From assembly GCF_009914755.1 (NCBI RefSeq), contig NC_060941.1: a stretch of 64,000 nt of DNA. The stretch is one strand, 5' to 3'. The translations under genes and the position numbers were made by a program. Shown piece by piece: positions 61,804 through 64,000 of this stretch. This DNA is from the human T2T-CHM13v2.0 reference genome, Homo sapiens. Position 1 is the stretch's first letter. Each line of letters begins with the position of its first letter. The notes beneath the pieces were generated by a model. It saw only the letters and a list, made by a program, of their open reading frames with translations. It was not told the DNA's origin and made no database searches.

Positions 61804-62949
61804 AATTCGTGATTCATGAGAGGAGGTCAAAATATCAACATTAACAGAAGTTTGGAAGAAGTTGATTCCAACTCTCATGGATGACTTTGAGGGGTTCAAG
61901 ACATTATTGGAGGAAGTAACTGCAGATTTGGTGGAAATAGCAAGATAACTAAAAGAGAGAGAATTAATAGTTCTACCCTAAACAGAATGCAGTGGTGGGC
62001 ACCTGTAGTCCCACCTACACAGGAGGCTGAGGTAGGAGGATCACTTGAGGCCAGGAGTTCAAGACCAACCTGGGCAACATAGTGAGATACAGTCTCAAAA
62101 AAAAAAAAAAAGTGAAGAGGAGTTGCTTCTTATGGATGAGCAAAGAAAGTGGTTTCTTAACATGGAATCTACTCATGGTGTAGATGATGTGAACATTGTT
62201 GAAGTAATAACAAAGGATTTAGAATATCACATAAAGTTAGTTGATAAAGCAGTGGCAGGATTTGAGAGGATTAACTCCAATTTTGAAAGAAGTTCTACTG
62301 TGGGCAAAATGTTGTCAACCAGCGCTGTATGCTACAGAGAAATCTTTTGTGAAAGGAAGAGTCAATAGATGTGGCAAACTTCATTGTTGTCTTATTTTAA
62401 GAAATTACCGCAGTCACTCCAACCTTCAGCAACCACCACCTTGATCAGTCAGCAGCCATCAACGTGGAAGCAAGACCTTCCACCAGCAAAAAGCTTATCA
62501 CGCTCTGAAGGCTCAGATGATTGTGAGCATTTTTTAGCCATAAAGTATTTTTAAATTAAGTTATGTACATTTTTTAGACATCATGCTATTGTACACTTAA
62601 TAGACTACAGTATAATGTAAACATAGCTTTTATATGCCCTGGGAAACAAAAAATTTTGTACAGCTCACTTTATTGCAATATTTTTATTTTGCAATAAAGC
62701 AATATTTGCTTTATTGTGGTAACCTGGAGCTGAACCCACACTAGCTTTGAGGTATGCCTGTACTATAGTTTCTTTAACCTGTTCCCTTACTGATGTCATT
62801 TTGTTCCAGTTTGGAGCTATTACAAACAACGTTGCAATGAGTACTCTTGTTAATGTTTTCTTATGCATATGTGTAAATTTTCTCTAGTTATGCTTGGGAG
62901 TGGATTGATGGATCTAGGTTATGCTCATCTTGAACTTTATTCTATAGGG

Positions 62950-63165
62950 TATACAATGTGCCAGACATTATTCTAAGCACACAATATAAATATAAATATG
63001 TACCTTACAACTATCCTTTGAGATAAATATTATTTTCCCTATTTTACAGATTGGGAAACTAAGACACAGAGAGATTAAGTGACCCACCCAAATCACATAG
63101 CTAGTAAGTAGCAGATCCAAGCAATTTCCAAAATCCAGGCTTTTACCACCACATCATGCCACAGC
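62950..63165 (-). mobile_element. MIR
   Basis: attttacagattgggaaactaagacacagagagattaagtgacccacccaaatcacatagctagtaagt. Confidence 0.8.
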
Positions 63166-63459
63166 ATGATGCTTTACACTTTGGGAATGAATGCATGTAT
63201 TTTCCTGCGGTATGCTTATCTAATCTCTTCAATTCTTGGTTCTTTTTCAAAGTTTGATGTGGTTAAATCAAGGAGGAAAATATTCACTAGAAATATTATC
63301 ATCATAAAAAATGTGAATATGATCAACGTGAGCCACCACCTTGACTTTGATCAATAGTCAGGAAACTAAACTATCAATGTTCTTCCCCTTTTGAAGAAAT
63401 TATATTGCATTTTTTGATCACATAACTACTGAGGGTTTTCTATTAAAAAATAAAAAATG

Positions 63460-64000
63460 GGCTGTGTGCGGTGGCTCACGCCTGTAATCCCAGCACTTTT
63501 GGAGGCCGAGGCAGGCAGATCACCTGAGGTCAGGAGTTCGAGACCAGCCTGGCCAATATAGTGAAACCTCATGTATGTCTAATAAAAATACAAAAATTAG
63601 CCGGGCATGGTGGTCTGCGCCTGTAGTCCCAACTACTCGGGGGGCTGAGACTGGATCACTTTAACCTGGGAGGCCGAGGTTGCAGTGAGCCAAGATTGCC
63701 CCGCTGCACTCCAGCCTGGACAACAGAGCAAGACCCTGTCTCAAAAAATAATAATAAAATAAGGCCAGACGCGGTGGCTCACACCTATAATCCCAGCACT
63801 TTGGGAGGCTGAGGTGGGTGGATCACCTGAGGTAGGGAGTTCAAGACCAGCCTGACCAACATAGAGATACCGTGTCTCTACTAAAAATACAAAATTAGCC
63901 AGGCGTAGTGGTACATGCCTGTAATCCCAGCTACTCGGGAGGCTGAGGCATGAGAATTGCTTGAACCCATGATGCGGAGGTTGCAGTGAGCCAAGATTGT
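63460..64000 (+). mobile_element. Two tandem AluS copies (the second is cut by the window end)
   Basis: Alu arms at 63460-63760 and from 63763. Confidence 0.9.

Overview
Primate (most likely human or ape) nuclear DNA, AT-rich and made almost entirely of interspersed repeats. I find no host protein-coding exon, RNA gene, CpG island or CRISPR array that I can support, so the window looks intronic or intergenic. Nearly all ORFs in the track are Alu, L1, ERV or Tigger translations. The main contents are: (1) about 55 Alu/FLAM copies; (2) a full-length but disrupted L1PA element (8330-14461, minus strand, 14-bp TSD) inside an older L1M; (3) an old two-LTR class I endogenous retrovirus (21027-35162, minus strand) with an Arg-tRNA PBS, a PPT, remnants of gag, protease, RT N-terminus, RNase H and integrase, and an EnvR(b)/ERVPABLB-like env, whose RT core is replaced by unrelated sequence; (4) a Tigger1 with both ends (56958-62760) holding a processed RPS12 pseudogene, itself split by AluJ > AluS > L1PA; (5) several solo LTRs, MER82, Charlie1, L2 and MIR fragments. 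I do not see evidence for a new functional biological system. The most unusual signals are structural: the mosaic provirus, a locally templated insertion in its 5' LTR, deep nesting chronologies, and several local duplication or template-switch scars. Repeat subfamily names come from my recall of consensus sequences and need RepeatMasker/Dfam confirmation.
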